DNA from: Thermofilaceae archaeon
GTDB lineage: Archaea; Thermoproteota; Thermoprotei; Thermofilales; Thermofilaceae
Assembly: GCA_026986905.1 (NCBI GenBank)
Contig: JALSNQ010000006.1
Coordinates: forward strand, 23,634-87,633
Direction of reading: 5' to 3'
Length of the DNA stretch: 64,000 bases
Made by a program: the position numbers and the translations under genes
The notes under the pieces: generated by a model
What the model saw: the letters and a program-made list of their open reading frames with translations, nothing else
The model's database searches: none
Told to the model about the DNA's origin: nothing
Shown: positions 1 to 9,925 of the stretch, piece by piece
Layout: the number at the start of each line of letters is the position of its first letter
Position numbering within the stretch: the stretch's first letter is position 1

Positions 1-2
1 AA

Positions 3-158
3 GGAACTTTGGTTGTCTTTCTGCAGCCCCACCCCAAGATACTCGACAAAGGCTTGGCCATCGGCCCGTTCGCCAAGGGGGACATAGCCTATATTCCGAA
101 AAAGTTTGCTAGGGAACTGGAAGAAAAGGGTATAGTCGAGGTACTGGGGGGAGATTAG
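3..158 (+). CDS. C-terminal fragment of a GINS (Gins51-type) subunit, B-domain; truncated by window start
   Basis: Frame 3 reads GTLVVFLQPHPKILDKGLAIGPFAKGDIAYIPKKFARELEEKGIVEVLGGD*, resembling the GINS B-domain pattern (GPF..GD...P...A..L...G.VE). Confidence 0.65.
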   Translation, partial: GTLVVFLQPHPKILDKGLAIGPFAKGDIAYIPKKFARELEEKGIVEVLGGD

Positions 159-208
159 TAGGCGTGGCTTTAATAGGGAGGCATTGTTGATGAGAGTAGG
201 GTGATATA

Positions 209-637
209 GTGGGCGAGATAGACTACATGGAGCTTCTGGAGAGGGCGTACAAGAATCTCCCGGAAAAGAGGCTTGATGCAGCTGCGACGGAGCGTTTTAC
301 GCTGCCAAGATTTGAAGTCGTCATCTCGGGGAAGCGCACGTTTATAACCAACTTTAAGAAGGTGGCTGACACGCTGAATAGAAAGCCTGAAATCATTTTG
401 CGTTATATACTAAAGGAGATAGGTGCGCCCGGCGTTGTAGAGGACCAGATGGCTGTTATACAGGGCGAGGTCTCCCCGAAAACTCTGAATCTCCTGCTAA
501 ACAGGTTCTATGAAATGTATGTGAAATGCCCTGTATGTGGCAGCCCGGATACAAAGCTTGTTAAGGAGCGTAAACGCAAGTACATGTATATTGAATGCAT
601 GGCGTGCGGGGCTAAGTCTCCGGTGAAGCCGATTTAG
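209..637 (+). CDS. eif2b: Translation initiation factor aIF-2 beta
   Basis: YxELLERAY N-terminus, ERFxLP, NF..VADTLNR, C-terminal CPVC...CMACGA zinc ribbon. Confidence 0.95.
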   Translation: MGEIDYMELLERAYKNLPEKRLDAAATERFTLPRFEVVISGKRTFITNFKKVADTLNRKPEIILRYILKEIGAPGVVEDQMAVIQGEVSPKTLNLLLNRFYEMYVKCPVCGSPDTKLVKERKRKYMYIECMACGAKSPVKPI

Positions 638-1676
638 AACCTTTTTTCTCGGCCTCTCCCAATAGATATTCTCTGAGAACGTCTAGGTTGTAGTTATTCA
701 GGGCGGATACCTGGAAATCTTCTTTCCCGAAAAGTCTCCTAGCGCGTAAAATATCTTCTTCGGATGAAACGTCTATCTTATTGTAGATGAGGACGACAGG
801 CGTGTCTATAAAGTTGCCTACTATTTCATCGTACACTTTTTTCTGGTACTCTATGGGGAATCCGCATTTTTCGCTGGGGTCTACTATGAAGAGGATTATG
901 TCGGCGAGGTATCTCATTGCCAGAATGGCCTGTCTTTCTATCCTGTTTTTCCTTGAAAGAGGCGTGTCCAAGAGTCCGGGCGTGTCCAGCAGCTGAACCC
1001 TAGCGTTCCGAGATATTATGTGGCCGACAATTATGCTCTTAGTAGTGAAGGGATAGGGTTTTATCTCCGGCTTCGCCCTGGTAAGCGCCTTTAATAGGGA
1101 AGATTTTCCAACATTTGGGGCGCCGGCGATCACCCCCGTGTATGCGTCAAGTTCCACCTCGGGCAGTTTTATTATAACTTGCTGGGCTTTCCTAAGTTTT
1201 TTAAGGCAGGGAGAAGCTCTTTTCAGAACGGAGAGTGTTCTACCGAAGAATGAGCGCTTAGCGAGATATACCTCCTTTTCTTCCTTTGCCGTCATCACTT
1301 TTTTCCTGCATTCCCTATAGATTTTTGCAATTATTTTTTCCGACGAAGCTATCTGTGATAAACATATTTTGTATTCATCTATATTCACGTTTATCTCTAT
1401 GAGAGCTCTGTAAAACGGATGTAGTTCCCTAACATAGGGGGTAGACGTGTATATTTTTCTCAAAATAACGGACAAGTAATTGTATGCTCTACCTAAGCAG
1501 TCGAGTATTTTTGATTTTTTTCTCTTTAACCGGTTTTTTACGCCTGGTGTGGGTGCTTTTCTACACTCTCTGACCGCTTTTTCGAAAAGCGGTTCATGGG
1601 AGGGAGGAGCCAGTACTATTCTCTTCTTATTCAACGGCTTATAGCGCTCTTCTTCCACGATTCTTCCAGTCTTCAT
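612..1676 (-). CDS. NOG1 family GTP-binding protein
   Basis: ELHPFY, GAPNVGKSS, YPFTTK, DTPG, NKID motifs. Confidence 0.92.
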   Translation of the reverse strand: MKTGRIVEEERYKPLNKKRIVLAPPSHEPLFEKAVRECRKAPTPGVKNRLKRKKSKILDCLGRAYNYLSVILRKIYTSTPYVRELHPFYRALIEINVNIDEYKICLSQIASSEKIIAKIYRECRKKVMTAKEEKEVYLAKRSFFGRTLSVLKRASPCLKKLRKAQQVIIKLPEVELDAYTGVIAGAPNVGKSSLLKALTRAKPEIKPYPFTTKSIIVGHIISRNARVQLLDTPGLLDTPLSRKNRIERQAILAMRYLADIILFIVDPSEKCGFPIEYQKKVYDEIVGNFIDTPVVLIYNKIDVSSEEDILRARRLFGKEDFQVSALNNYNLDVLREYLLGEAEKKGSKSASPET

Positions 1677-1748
1677 GGCTACTACTAGCTTTAGCAGTTG
1701 CTATTTCGGTGTTAAATTGTTGTGGCGAAAATAGTTGAGGGGCCATGA

Positions 1749-2849
1749 ATGCTGTTAAAGCTAGCCCGTGCAGCTTTTCTTTCACGGCTTCTTCCAATGA
1801 ATGCGCTTAGCGGAGACTTGGCGGCATTTACTCCTTTTGCGCTCTTTCCACCAGAGGTTGACGAAAAGGGCTGGTTCCTGGGGCGCGATGAGCTTGGGAG
1901 ACCCATTTTCCTTGACGTGGAGAAGCTTCCAAGCATGCATGGTGTCGTACTGGGGACTACTGGAAGCGGTAAAAGCACGCTGGCCAGGCATATATCTCTC
2001 GAGGCCTGGAAGAGTGGGGTGAACGTATGGGTTATTGATCCTCACGGCGAAGAGGAGTATAGGAGGCTGATTGTTGAACGTATGGGAGGTGTAGAGATAG
2101 ACCTGAGCATGCAGGGTTTCGACGTTACGAACCATGAGGGTTGGGTTTTAGGAGATTACGCGCAGACATTAGCGGAGATTGTTGCGTCCAGTTATGGCGT
2201 GCCAGCCATGTTTTCCTTTTCCCTTAAGGATGGTATATTGAGGTATCTGAGCCGTGGGGAACGCGACGCGCTTCTCTCTCCGTTATTGAGTTTCAATGGA
2301 GAACTAAGGATTAGTGAATTGGTTGGAAAAAACGTCTATGTTACTATGAGGGGTGAAAAGGGCCGGGTCTCTCTGCAGAGGATGAGAATCGGGGTTCAAG
2401 TCTTACTTGCAAGGCTAGATGGGATAATGAGGAGCCGCGCCCCCACCCATGCAGCAAAGCTTCTCATAGTAGTAGATGAGGCGCATAACCTCTTCCAGTT
2501 ATATGAGGGAAGTTTTCTAAGCCAGCTTTATAGGGAGTCCAGGAAGTTTGGATACAGCATCTTATCTCTCGTCCAGATACCCTCCTTTTTGCCGGAAGAC
2601 ATATACTCCTTGGCGGGCTTCATGGTGTATCTGAGCGGCCCCAAAGAGTATGTAGAGGAACTTGCCAGGTATAGTTACTTAACTAGGGAAAACATTGAGT
2701 GGCTTCTCTATAGGGTAAGGGGCAATGCTGTGCTGACGCGCCAAGGGGATCCTAGGCCTCGGAATATAGTCTTGGAACCTGCCCCAGAAGCACTCGGCTT
2801 AGGGGCATACGGGTCACTTCGACGCAGCTCGGGGGGCTTTCCCGGCTAA
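1749..2849 (+). CDS. HerA/VirB4-like (DUF87) P-loop ATPase
   Basis: HGVVLGTTGSGKS Walker A, VIDPHGE, IVVDEAH Walker B, RESRKFG. Confidence 0.8.
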   Translation: MLLKLARAAFLSRLLPMNALSGDLAAFTPFALFPPEVDEKGWFLGRDELGRPIFLDVEKLPSMHGVVLGTTGSGKSTLARHISLEAWKSGVNVWVIDPHGEEEYRRLIVERMGGVEIDLSMQGFDVTNHEGWVLGDYAQTLAEIVASSYGVPAMFSFSLKDGILRYLSRGERDALLSPLLSFNGELRISELVGKNVYVTMRGEKGRVSLQRMRIGVQVLLARLDGIMRSRAPTHAAKLLIVVDEAHNLFQLYEGSFLSQLYRESRKFGYSILSLVQIPSFLPEDIYSLAGFMVYLSGPKEYVEELARYSYLTRENIEWLLYRVRGNAVLTRQGDPRPRNIVLEPAPEALGLGAYGSLRRSSGGFPG

Positions 2850-2902
2850 AAGGGAGTATATAATAGTGAGGAGGTGGAAAATAGAGCCGAGGTGGAGGCA
2901 AT

Positions 2903-3304
2903 ATGTCCACAAAGCCAGTAGAAGCTGGAAGCATAAAGACCGGCTCCTTCGTGGTCATAGACGGTGAGCCCTGTAAAGTCGTTGAAATAGAGAAATCGAA
3001 GCCTGGAAAGCATGGCTCCGCTAAGGCTAGAATAGTGGGGATAGGTATTTTTGACGGAGTAAAGCGTACCCTCATAGTACCTACAAGCGCCAAGGTGGAC
3101 GTACCACTAGTCAGGAAATTTAATGCCCAGGTTATAGCCATTCTCGGAGACACTGTTCAGCTGATGAGCCTCGAAGACTACACCACATTTGAGGTTCCCA
3201 TGCCAGAGGACGAGGATCTTCGAAACAGGCTTGTAGAGGGAGCAGAAGTCGAGGTATGGGAGATAATGGGTAGGTATAAGATACAGAGAGTCCGCGGTCA
3301 GTGA
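2903..3304 (+). CDS. eif5a: Translation factor aIF-5A
   Basis: [13 protein letters not shown] hypusination motif. Confidence 0.97.
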   Translation: MSTKPVEAGSIKTGSFVVIDGEPCKVVEIEKSKPGKHGSAKARIVGIGIFDGVKRTLIVPTSAKVDVPLVRKFNAQVIAILGDTVQLMSLEDYTTFEVPMPEDEDLRNRLVEGAEVEVWEIMGRYKIQRVRGQ

Positions 3305-3457
3305 TGGGTTACCATGCATATTTTGCTCATCCAAACTCCGCTGGTTTGAAAACCCAACATATTTTCGCCTATATGTGAAGTCCTGTTAACCTAGTGTTTA
3401 TAACAAAATATTGTATCTTATTACTGTAAAATACAGTATCCTTTTAACGGTGGGAGA

Positions 3458-5092
3458 ATGAACCCTCTAGCTCAATGGGCTAGCTACGCCGCCTCATGGG
3501 ACAGGTTACTATCAATGATAGGAATAGAAATTCACTGGATAATACTGCAATACGTACTAGGTTTCTCATTCATAGTATTCCTCTTACTACTAATACATTG
3601 GAAAACTGGAAACAAGCACTACTTCAAGTTGGCTAGAACCCTCACCAAGGCCGTAGGCCTAGTATTTGCAGTAGGTGCAGCCACGGGTACAGCCTCTGAG
3701 TTCGGGCTAGTACTGCTATGGCCCAACCTAACCGAGGCGGCTGGCCGCTACATATACTTCCCCCTATACGCGGAGATATTCGCATTTCTCATGGAGGTAG
3801 TATTCATCTACCTACTTGTTTTCGGATGGAGCAAGCTTTCTCCAAAGGCGAGGATAGCTGTGGCGCTGCTAGCTTTCGTAGGAGCCTGGTACTCGGCCTC
3901 CATGATTGTGAGCGTTAACAGCTACATGGTTGCACCCACGGGGATAGTGGCGGCCTACGACCCGCTAAGCGGGTGGAAATACAACCAGGGATACCCCAAG
4001 ATAATGCTAGTCGTACCCAGCAACATTGTCGCCGCCCTGAACGTGCCGAAGCTGCAGAGTCTCGGAATGGAGGTTGTCGGTAAAACAAGCGACGCCGTAA
4101 TAGTTTTAATGCCGTCAAAGATAGTGCAGAGACTCGCATGGGAAGCCTGGAATAACGTCTACGTAAAAGACAGCATATTAATGCTTGTTCTCAACGATGC
4201 CGCTAAAAACAACGCGGCGCTCCTCCATACACCTGTGAAAAACATTGTGGACACAATACTTGTAAAGACCGTAGAACACGTGGGGCCATACACAGTCACC
4301 TTTATGTCACCGGTCTACCCGGGGAGTATCCTCCATGCCCTGGGTGCGGCGTTAACAGTGTCCGGGTTCACACTTATCGGTGCATACGGCTTCAGGCTGT
4401 TAACCGCAAAAGACGAAAAATACAAGAAGTACGTGGAAGACGCCTTCAAATTTGCAGTATACTTCTCCCTAATAGTAATAATTCTCCAGGGCCTCGTCTT
4501 CGGCCACATAATGGGAGAGGAGATAGCCCACTATAATCCCGAGAAGCTTGCGGCGATGGAAGGCACGAGCAGCAAGATACTTAGTCTCTCCGCTCTCACA
4601 GGCTCAGAGAAGCTGATGCCTCTCATAATATACGGCAACCCGAACGCGAAGATGCCTATCTACGATCAGATACCTAAGAACTATTGCTACCTACAGCCAA
4701 GACCCGGCCTACAGGACTGCAGGCCGCCCCTCATCATCCACTACATCTATTATACCAAGATAGGGCTAGGAGTCCTTCTAGGCCTAGACACGCTCATTCT
4801 AGCCTTCCTGCTGATACGCGGCATGAGCATGCCGAAATGGCTGCTTGAATTAAACATCGCCTCGCCCATAGTGGCCCACATCGTAAGCTTCTTTGGATGG
4901 GCAACCAGGGAGATAGGTAGAAAGCCGTGGACAATATATGGTGTCATGACGGTAGACGTGGCTCATACGCCGAACCCCGCGCCACCCGCACTAGTGGCTA
5001 TAATCGCGCTTTACTTTATCGGGATAATCATTGCACTAGGCGTTGCTGTGTGGAAGCTGATTTACATTCCATCACTTAAGGAGGAGGTGTAA
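3458..5092 (+). CDS. cydA: Cytochrome bd-type quinol oxidase subunit I (CydA)
   Basis: His ligand in EIHW, FAVGAATG, EIFAFLME, NSYM..P.G, PEKLAAMEG, GWATREIGRKPW. Confidence 0.92.
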   Translation: MNPLAQWASYAASWDRLLSMIGIEIHWIILQYVLGFSFIVFLLLLIHWKTGNKHYFKLARTLTKAVGLVFAVGAATGTASEFGLVLLWPNLTEAAGRYIYFPLYAEIFAFLMEVVFIYLLVFGWSKLSPKARIAVALLAFVGAWYSASMIVSVNSYMVAPTGIVAAYDPLSGWKYNQGYPKIMLVVPSNIVAALNVPKLQSLGMEVVGKTSDAVIVLMPSKIVQRLAWEAWNNVYVKDSILMLVLNDAAKNNAALLHTPVKNIVDTILVKTVEHVGPYTVTFMSPVYPGSILHALGAALTVSGFTLIGAYGFRLLTAKDEKYKKYVEDAFKFAVYFSLIVIILQGLVFGHIMGEEIAHYNPEKLAAMEGTSSKILSLSALTGSEKLMPLIIYGNPNAKMPIYDQIPKNYCYLQPRPGLQDCRPPLIIHYIYYTKIGLGVLLGLDTLILAFLLIRGMSMPKWLLELNIASPIVAHIVSFFGWATREIGRKPWTIYGVMTVDVAHTPNPAPPALVAIIALYFIGIIIALGVAVWKLIYIPSLKEEV

Positions 5093-5095
5093 GCC

Positions 5096-6292
5096 ATGGG
5101 TGTGAGCGAGTTCTTCCTCGCATTCGTGTTTGGCATACACATTGTAATGGTTAACATAGGCATAGCGCTGGCCACGCTCATACCATACCTAGAGTGGAAG
5201 TCGCTGAAACTCGGAGACAACAAGCTCCTTGAGAACGCCAAGAGGCTCTTCAAGATCTACGCGGCTACATACGGCATCGCGGGGGTGTTCGGCACGGCAT
5301 ATACAGTATTCCTCCTCAGCTACTATCCAGAGTTTATAGGCATAGCTGGAAGCGTTACTCTCTACCTCTTCGGCATAGCGATACTATTCATAGTATTACA
5401 CTTCCTCTGCATAGTGACCTACTGGTACGGATGGGGACGCTTCAGCGACACCACGCACCTCTTTATAGGAGGCCTACTAGCCTTCTCCGCCTATATGATA
5501 CCCTTCGGCTTCCGCTCGGTATTCGCATTCCTCAACTTGCCAGCGGGGCTTGAGATAGTTGGGCCATCTAAGCTAGGGCTAAACCTGGCGGCAGCCCTAG
5601 CCAACCCCACATTCCTTCCTCTCTACCTGAAATCCATCGTGGGAGCGCTGATAACGGGCTTCCTCTTCGTGGCGGCGATTTACGCCTATAAGAAGTATAA
5701 AGGCGAGCTAGACGACCCAGTATATGAGCAGGAGCTCATAATCAAGCCTGCAAGAACGTCATTCTACCTCCTCCTAATCCAAGCAGCCCTAGGCTTCTGG
5801 TATATTGGTAGTCTCACACAAGTGCCGTACAAGTTTAACAACATATTCGCCGCGCTTGGAATGAAAATACAGGGGCCAGGCCCAGCTCTAAACCTTTCCT
5901 GGCTCTTCATACTCAAGATGCTCTTCGTAGCTATACAGTTTGCAGCGCTGGCCTATGTCCTTACAACCTGTAAGACGGGGCTTACCGTGAAGGATCTCGA
6001 AATGATTAAGCTAGCTGCAGCATCGGCCGTATTAGGCCTACTCTCCGGCGAGTACCTTAACGCCTTTAGCCAGTACCCATACTTCGTGGCCGCACTGCCC
6101 CAGATAGCGGACAAAGTCCCTGAACCATGGAGAACCGTACTAGCCAGAGCACTAGACTTGCGCAAAGCGAATCCCCTCACCACTGATCCGGGTCTAATAG
6201 CCTTCACAGCGGTTTTCCTAGCTGTCTTGCTAGCAGCAGTGATTTACTTCATCTACGTGATATTTATCAAAGAGGAGAAAAATAACCAGTAA
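5096..6292 (+). CDS. Cytochrome bd second subunit, CydA-homologous (CydA')
   Basis: GIHIVMV, YGIAGVFGT, FLNLPAG; multi-TM CydA paralog 3 nt downstream of cydA. Confidence 0.8.
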   Translation: MGVSEFFLAFVFGIHIVMVNIGIALATLIPYLEWKSLKLGDNKLLENAKRLFKIYAATYGIAGVFGTAYTVFLLSYYPEFIGIAGSVTLYLFGIAILFIVLHFLCIVTYWYGWGRFSDTTHLFIGGLLAFSAYMIPFGFRSVFAFLNLPAGLEIVGPSKLGLNLAAALANPTFLPLYLKSIVGALITGFLFVAAIYAYKKYKGELDDPVYEQELIIKPARTSFYLLLIQAALGFWYIGSLTQVPYKFNNIFAALGMKIQGPGPALNLSWLFILKMLFVAIQFAALAYVLTTCKTGLTVKDLEMIKLAAASAVLGLLSGEYLNAFSQYPYFVAALPQIADKVPEPWRTVLARALDLRKANPLTTDPGLIAFTAVFLAVLLAAVIYFIYVIFIKEEKNNQ

Positions 6293-6315
6293 AATATATG
6301 TAAAATTAAAATATA

Positions 6316-7119
6316 TTATTTATTTTTTAAAACGAGTAATTTTAAAACAATTACTTCGTATCTATCTGCTACACGTCTCCACAGAGGGGTCTCCCAGCCC
6401 CTAAGGGACACTTTAACCATATAGCCGCAACAACTTGTTTCATCCCTCAGCGAGAGGTCGGCCGCTACACTATAGGGTATCTTCTTACATATGAGACCAT
6501 CAACTATCGTCTCCTCGAAGACGCCGAGCTCCCCGTAAAGCCTCTCCCCGCACAGCACGCCGCAATCCTTATATACGGTTAACCCTCTGACAAGTCCTAT
6601 CCTGCCTTCTTTAAACCTCACCGGGACACCGTCTAGCAGGCCATATACGCCCTCACCGCATTTCTCCTCACGGCGCCATGCATATTCGCCGGGCCGTATA
6701 CGGGGAACATACTCTCCGTCCAGTACGATGTATTCCCTAATAACCTGTGTTCTCCCCGTCTCGAATGACAGCGACACGTGAGGGTCGCCGTATTTGCCGC
6801 GCAGCCTTATAACTCTGACTATGGCCTCACCTAACCCTAGCAGGGCCTTAGATATACACCTGAGTACTGGGTCGCGGTACACGACCTCGCGTATACCATC
6901 ATACAGCTTGTCCTTCTCCCACACTTCGACGAAGTGTCCGCCATAGTACCCGTAGATCCCGAGTCGTGGGTTATCTTCTCGAGGAAAAATGTATGCCTCG
7001 ATGGCGTCGCCCCTTATAAGGACGGCGTAGCCCCCTCTGCATTCTAAGCCGAGCCCGCAGGCCCTTGCAGCCGCCTCCGCTATCCCACACACAGTTCCCT
7101 CCTCGATATAGGGCATCAA
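6316..7119 (-). CDS. Hypothetical Cys-rich protein
   Basis: 267-aa ORF filling the gap; no family recognised. Confidence 0.6.
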   Translation of the reverse strand: MMPYIEEGTVCGIAEAAARACGLGLECRGGYAVLIRGDAIEAYIFPREDNPRLGIYGYYGGHFVEVWEKDKLYDGIREVVYRDPVLRCISKALLGLGEAIVRVIRLRGKYGDPHVSLSFETGRTQVIREYIVLDGEYVPRIRPGEYAWRREEKCGEGVYGLLDGVPVRFKEGRIGLVRGLTVYKDCGVLCGERLYGELGVFEETIVDGLICKKIPYSVAADLSLRDETSCCGYMVKVSLRGWETPLWRRVADRYEVIVLKLLVLKNK

Positions 7120-7143
7120 TATATCCTAGGCGGGGTTGAATAC

Positions 7144-8349
7144 ATGATAAAAATGCCTCGCGTCCATGTTGATGAAATAGTCCCGGATGTTTATGTTCTC
7201 CGTGTAGACGATGAAGAAACAAGGTTCTTTGAAGCCCTCTGGGAGATCCCGGAAGGCATAACGTACAACGCGTACCTAGTACTTGGCGGCGAGAAGAACG
7301 TGCTCATAGATGGCTGGAAAGGCAGCTACGGCGAGCTGTTTATGGAAACGTTGAGGCGCATTGTAGAGCCTGAAAGCATCGATTATATAGTCGTGAACCA
7401 CATGGAACCTGACCATACCGGCACCCTGCCTCTCATGCACGCCAGCGCTAGCCACGCGGTCATACTAGGCCACCCGCTTGCCGCAAAAATGGCGGGGTCG
7501 TTTTACGGGATTAGAGATAGAATAAAACCTGTCAGAGACTTAGAGGAGGTAGACCTTGGAGGAAGAAGAATGGTGTTTCACTACACGCCGTGGCTGCACT
7601 GGCCGGAGACGATGATGACGCTGCTCAGCCCTGATAACATACTATTTTCCTGCGACGCCTTCGGGGGCTACTCGGCGCCGCCTAGCATATATGATGACGG
7701 CGACTGGGAAACATACTCCTATTACGCTAAGAAGTACCTGTTCACCGTTATAGGCGCATACATAGACCATATCGCAAAAAATCTGGAAAAACTTGAGAAG
7801 CGTGGCGTAAAGCCGTCGATAGTTGCCCCCGCACACGGCCTTATTTTTAGGAAAAACCCAGAAAAAATAGTCAAACTTTACGGCGAACTGGCAGCCGGCA
7901 AAACCATGCATCGAAAAGTAGCCGTAATATACGACTCGATGTACGGCTTCGTCGAGGAGCAGGTGTACGAGGCTGTAGCAGGGCTAAAACAGCTAGGAGC
8001 CACCGTTAGCGTGCACCGCTTAGTAGACGACTATCGGTCGACTATAGCCGACTTTATAGGAGAAGCTGGCGACGCCGAAGCCATAATTGTGGGGGCTTCC
8101 ACCTACGAGGCTGGCGTCTTCCCCCTGATCGAATACGTGGTTGACATTTTCCTGAAAAAGATAAGGCGTCCGAAGAAGGTGTTGATAATATCGTCATATG
8201 GATGGGGTGGGGTTGCCGGCAAGAGGCTGGCAAAGAAGTTTAGTGAGGCAGGCCACGAGGTCGTGGCAGTTGTAGAAAACAGGGGTAAAATAGGCGAAGA
8301 TGGGAAGAAGACCCTGAGGGAAGCCTTGGCTAGGCTATTGGAACACTAG
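7144..8349 (+). CDS. fprA: Flavodiiron protein (FprA, O2/NO reductase)
   Basis: GITYNAYL, HMEPDH, LHWPE, CDAFG, PAHG, flavodoxin YDSMYG and SYGWGG. Confidence 0.93.
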   Translation: MIKMPRVHVDEIVPDVYVLRVDDEETRFFEALWEIPEGITYNAYLVLGGEKNVLIDGWKGSYGELFMETLRRIVEPESIDYIVVNHMEPDHTGTLPLMHASASHAVILGHPLAAKMAGSFYGIRDRIKPVRDLEEVDLGGRRMVFHYTPWLHWPETMMTLLSPDNILFSCDAFGGYSAPPSIYDDGDWETYSYYAKKYLFTVIGAYIDHIAKNLEKLEKRGVKPSIVAPAHGLIFRKNPEKIVKLYGELAAGKTMHRKVAVIYDSMYGFVEEQVYEAVAGLKQLGATVSVHRLVDDYRSTIADFIGEAGDAEAIIVGASTYEAGVFPLIEYVVDIFLKKIRRPKKVLIISSYGWGGVAGKRLAKKFSEAGHEVVAVVENRGKIGEDGKKTLREALARLLEH

Positions 8350-8358
8350 TTTTTATAG

Positions 8359-8979
8359 TTATAGTTTGAAGTTGAAATAAATATCTAGCAATTTAGCTAC
8401 CACATATGTGAGCGAAACAGCCGCTACTATGGCTAAAGAATAGAAGGCGAAACCCACTAGGCCTAGTAGAAATACTATGAAAAGCCTCACGTCCCTCGAC
8501 GCAAACATTGGTACGCGGCCTATCTTTGAGGGATGAACGCCCAGGCTGGCCTCCCCCCGCGCGTGAAGGTAGCTCACCATAATATCGCCGAGAAGCGCTA
8601 AGAGGCCTAAAACGACCGCCGGCATGCCCCACTCTTCATAGGCCCACAGCGTTATTCCACAGATAACGGCGGCGTCGGCGAATCTGTCCAGCATGGCGTC
8701 TATGAACCCCCCAAGGCTAGAGGCCGTGTTCCTGGCGCGAGCAAGCTCCCCGTCAACCCCGTCTATAATTGATGAGGCCTCCACCAAGATGCCGCCGACC
8801 GCCTGTTGGCCCAGGTAAAACGCCAGCCCGGCAGCGACGGCTAGCAGGAAGCTCCCAAGTGATACCTGGTTCGGCGTTATGGGAATGTTCCTGTTCAGAA
8901 TGAACCTCGTAATCCTATGTGAAAACCACCTGTTGATCATCCTAGACACAGGGCCATCAGTACTTTTCCCCAACTCCAT
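8359..8979 (-). CDS. CDP-alcohol phosphatidyltransferase, probable di-myo-inositol-phosphate phosphate synthase (DIPPS)
   Basis: DGPVSRMINR, DGVDGELARA...GGFIDAMLDR, SRDVR; overlaps the IPCT gene. Confidence 0.85.
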   Translation of the reverse strand: MELGKSTDGPVSRMINRWFSHRITRFILNRNIPITPNQVSLGSFLLAVAAGLAFYLGQQAVGGILVEASSIIDGVDGELARARNTASSLGGFIDAMLDRFADAAVICGITLWAYEEWGMPAVVLGLLALLGDIMVSYLHARGEASLGVHPSKIGRVPMFASRDVRLFIVFLLGLVGFAFYSLAIVAAVSLTYVVAKLLDIYFNFKL

Positions 8980-9778
8980 ACTCCTTCACCCGGTTATCTA
9001 CCGTCTTCAAAACAAGCTGCCAGCTTTCAATAGCCGCGAAAACCACGTCCCTACGCCTACCCCCTGTCACATCAAGGTAGTCGTCGACCGTATCCACCTC
9101 CGTCCAAGGGATCCCCGTCACATCGGCCACACGCACCCTGTACCCCATCCGGATAGCGAGGTTTATGACGTCGCTTATTCCAAAAGCTTCTTTATCGAGT
9201 GCTAGCAGCCTCGCAGCCTCGAATATTTCTCTTCTCATCACAAAGACCCCTGTATCCACATGGCTCCAGGGGCTGAGCCTTTTACCCACTTTTACCACCT
9301 CCCCCTCCCGTGCCCTTATCCTCGTCGCTTCCTCCACGTCGACATAGAGAGGCCTACGGTCGCCTCCAACAACGGCTACCGAGTCTGAATGCTTAGAGTA
9401 CTCGAGGAGCACTTTTACTGGCAAATCACTAGGATAAATGTGATCGCTCATAGAAAGCAGGAAGGAGTCGCCATCTAGGCATTTCTCCGAAACCAGTAGG
9501 GAGAAACCGTTCTCCCTACGCCATTCATTGTTTACGCATATCTCGTAGCTGACAACGTCGCCCAGCCCGCGCAAAACCCTCTGTAGTAGTGGGATCAACT
9601 GGCCACGCGTAACTACTACAATTTTCTTTACCCCAACACTGGCTAGGCTGAGTATAGGATAATGGATAAGCGGTCTACCAGCTACATTTACCGCAAACTT
9701 AGCGCCGCGCGCTATCTCACCGAGCCTCGACCCTACACCTGCGGCTAATATTACACCCTCCCTTATCACGTCTCTCAC
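8957..9778 (-). CDS. Nucleotidyltransferase, probable inositol-1-phosphate cytidylyltransferase (IPCT)
   Basis: ILAAGVGSRL, NGFSL, MSDH, VDTGVF, WTEVDT; operonic with DIPPS. Confidence 0.82.
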   Translation of the reverse strand: MRDVIREGVILAAGVGSRLGEIARGAKFAVNVAGRPLIHYPILSLASVGVKKIVVVTRGQLIPLLQRVLRGLGDVVSYEICVNNEWRRENGFSLLVSEKCLDGDSFLLSMSDHIYPSDLPVKVLLEYSKHSDSVAVVGGDRRPLYVDVEEATRIRAREGEVVKVGKRLSPWSHVDTGVFVMRREIFEAARLLALDKEAFGISDVINLAIRMGYRVRVADVTGIPWTEVDTVDDYLDVTGGRRRDVVFAAIESWQLVLKTVDNRVKEYGVGEKY

Positions 9779-9925
9779 CCCCTACCGGATAGCATGAAAG
9801 GAGATAGTAGGGAGTAGCGTGTATAGGAGGAGTAAGCCCCAGAGTAGCTAGGGCTTCACGAGATATTATTCCAGGAGTGGTTTATAATTATTTCTTTGAT
9901 AAAATTTCATATAAAAAATATATTT

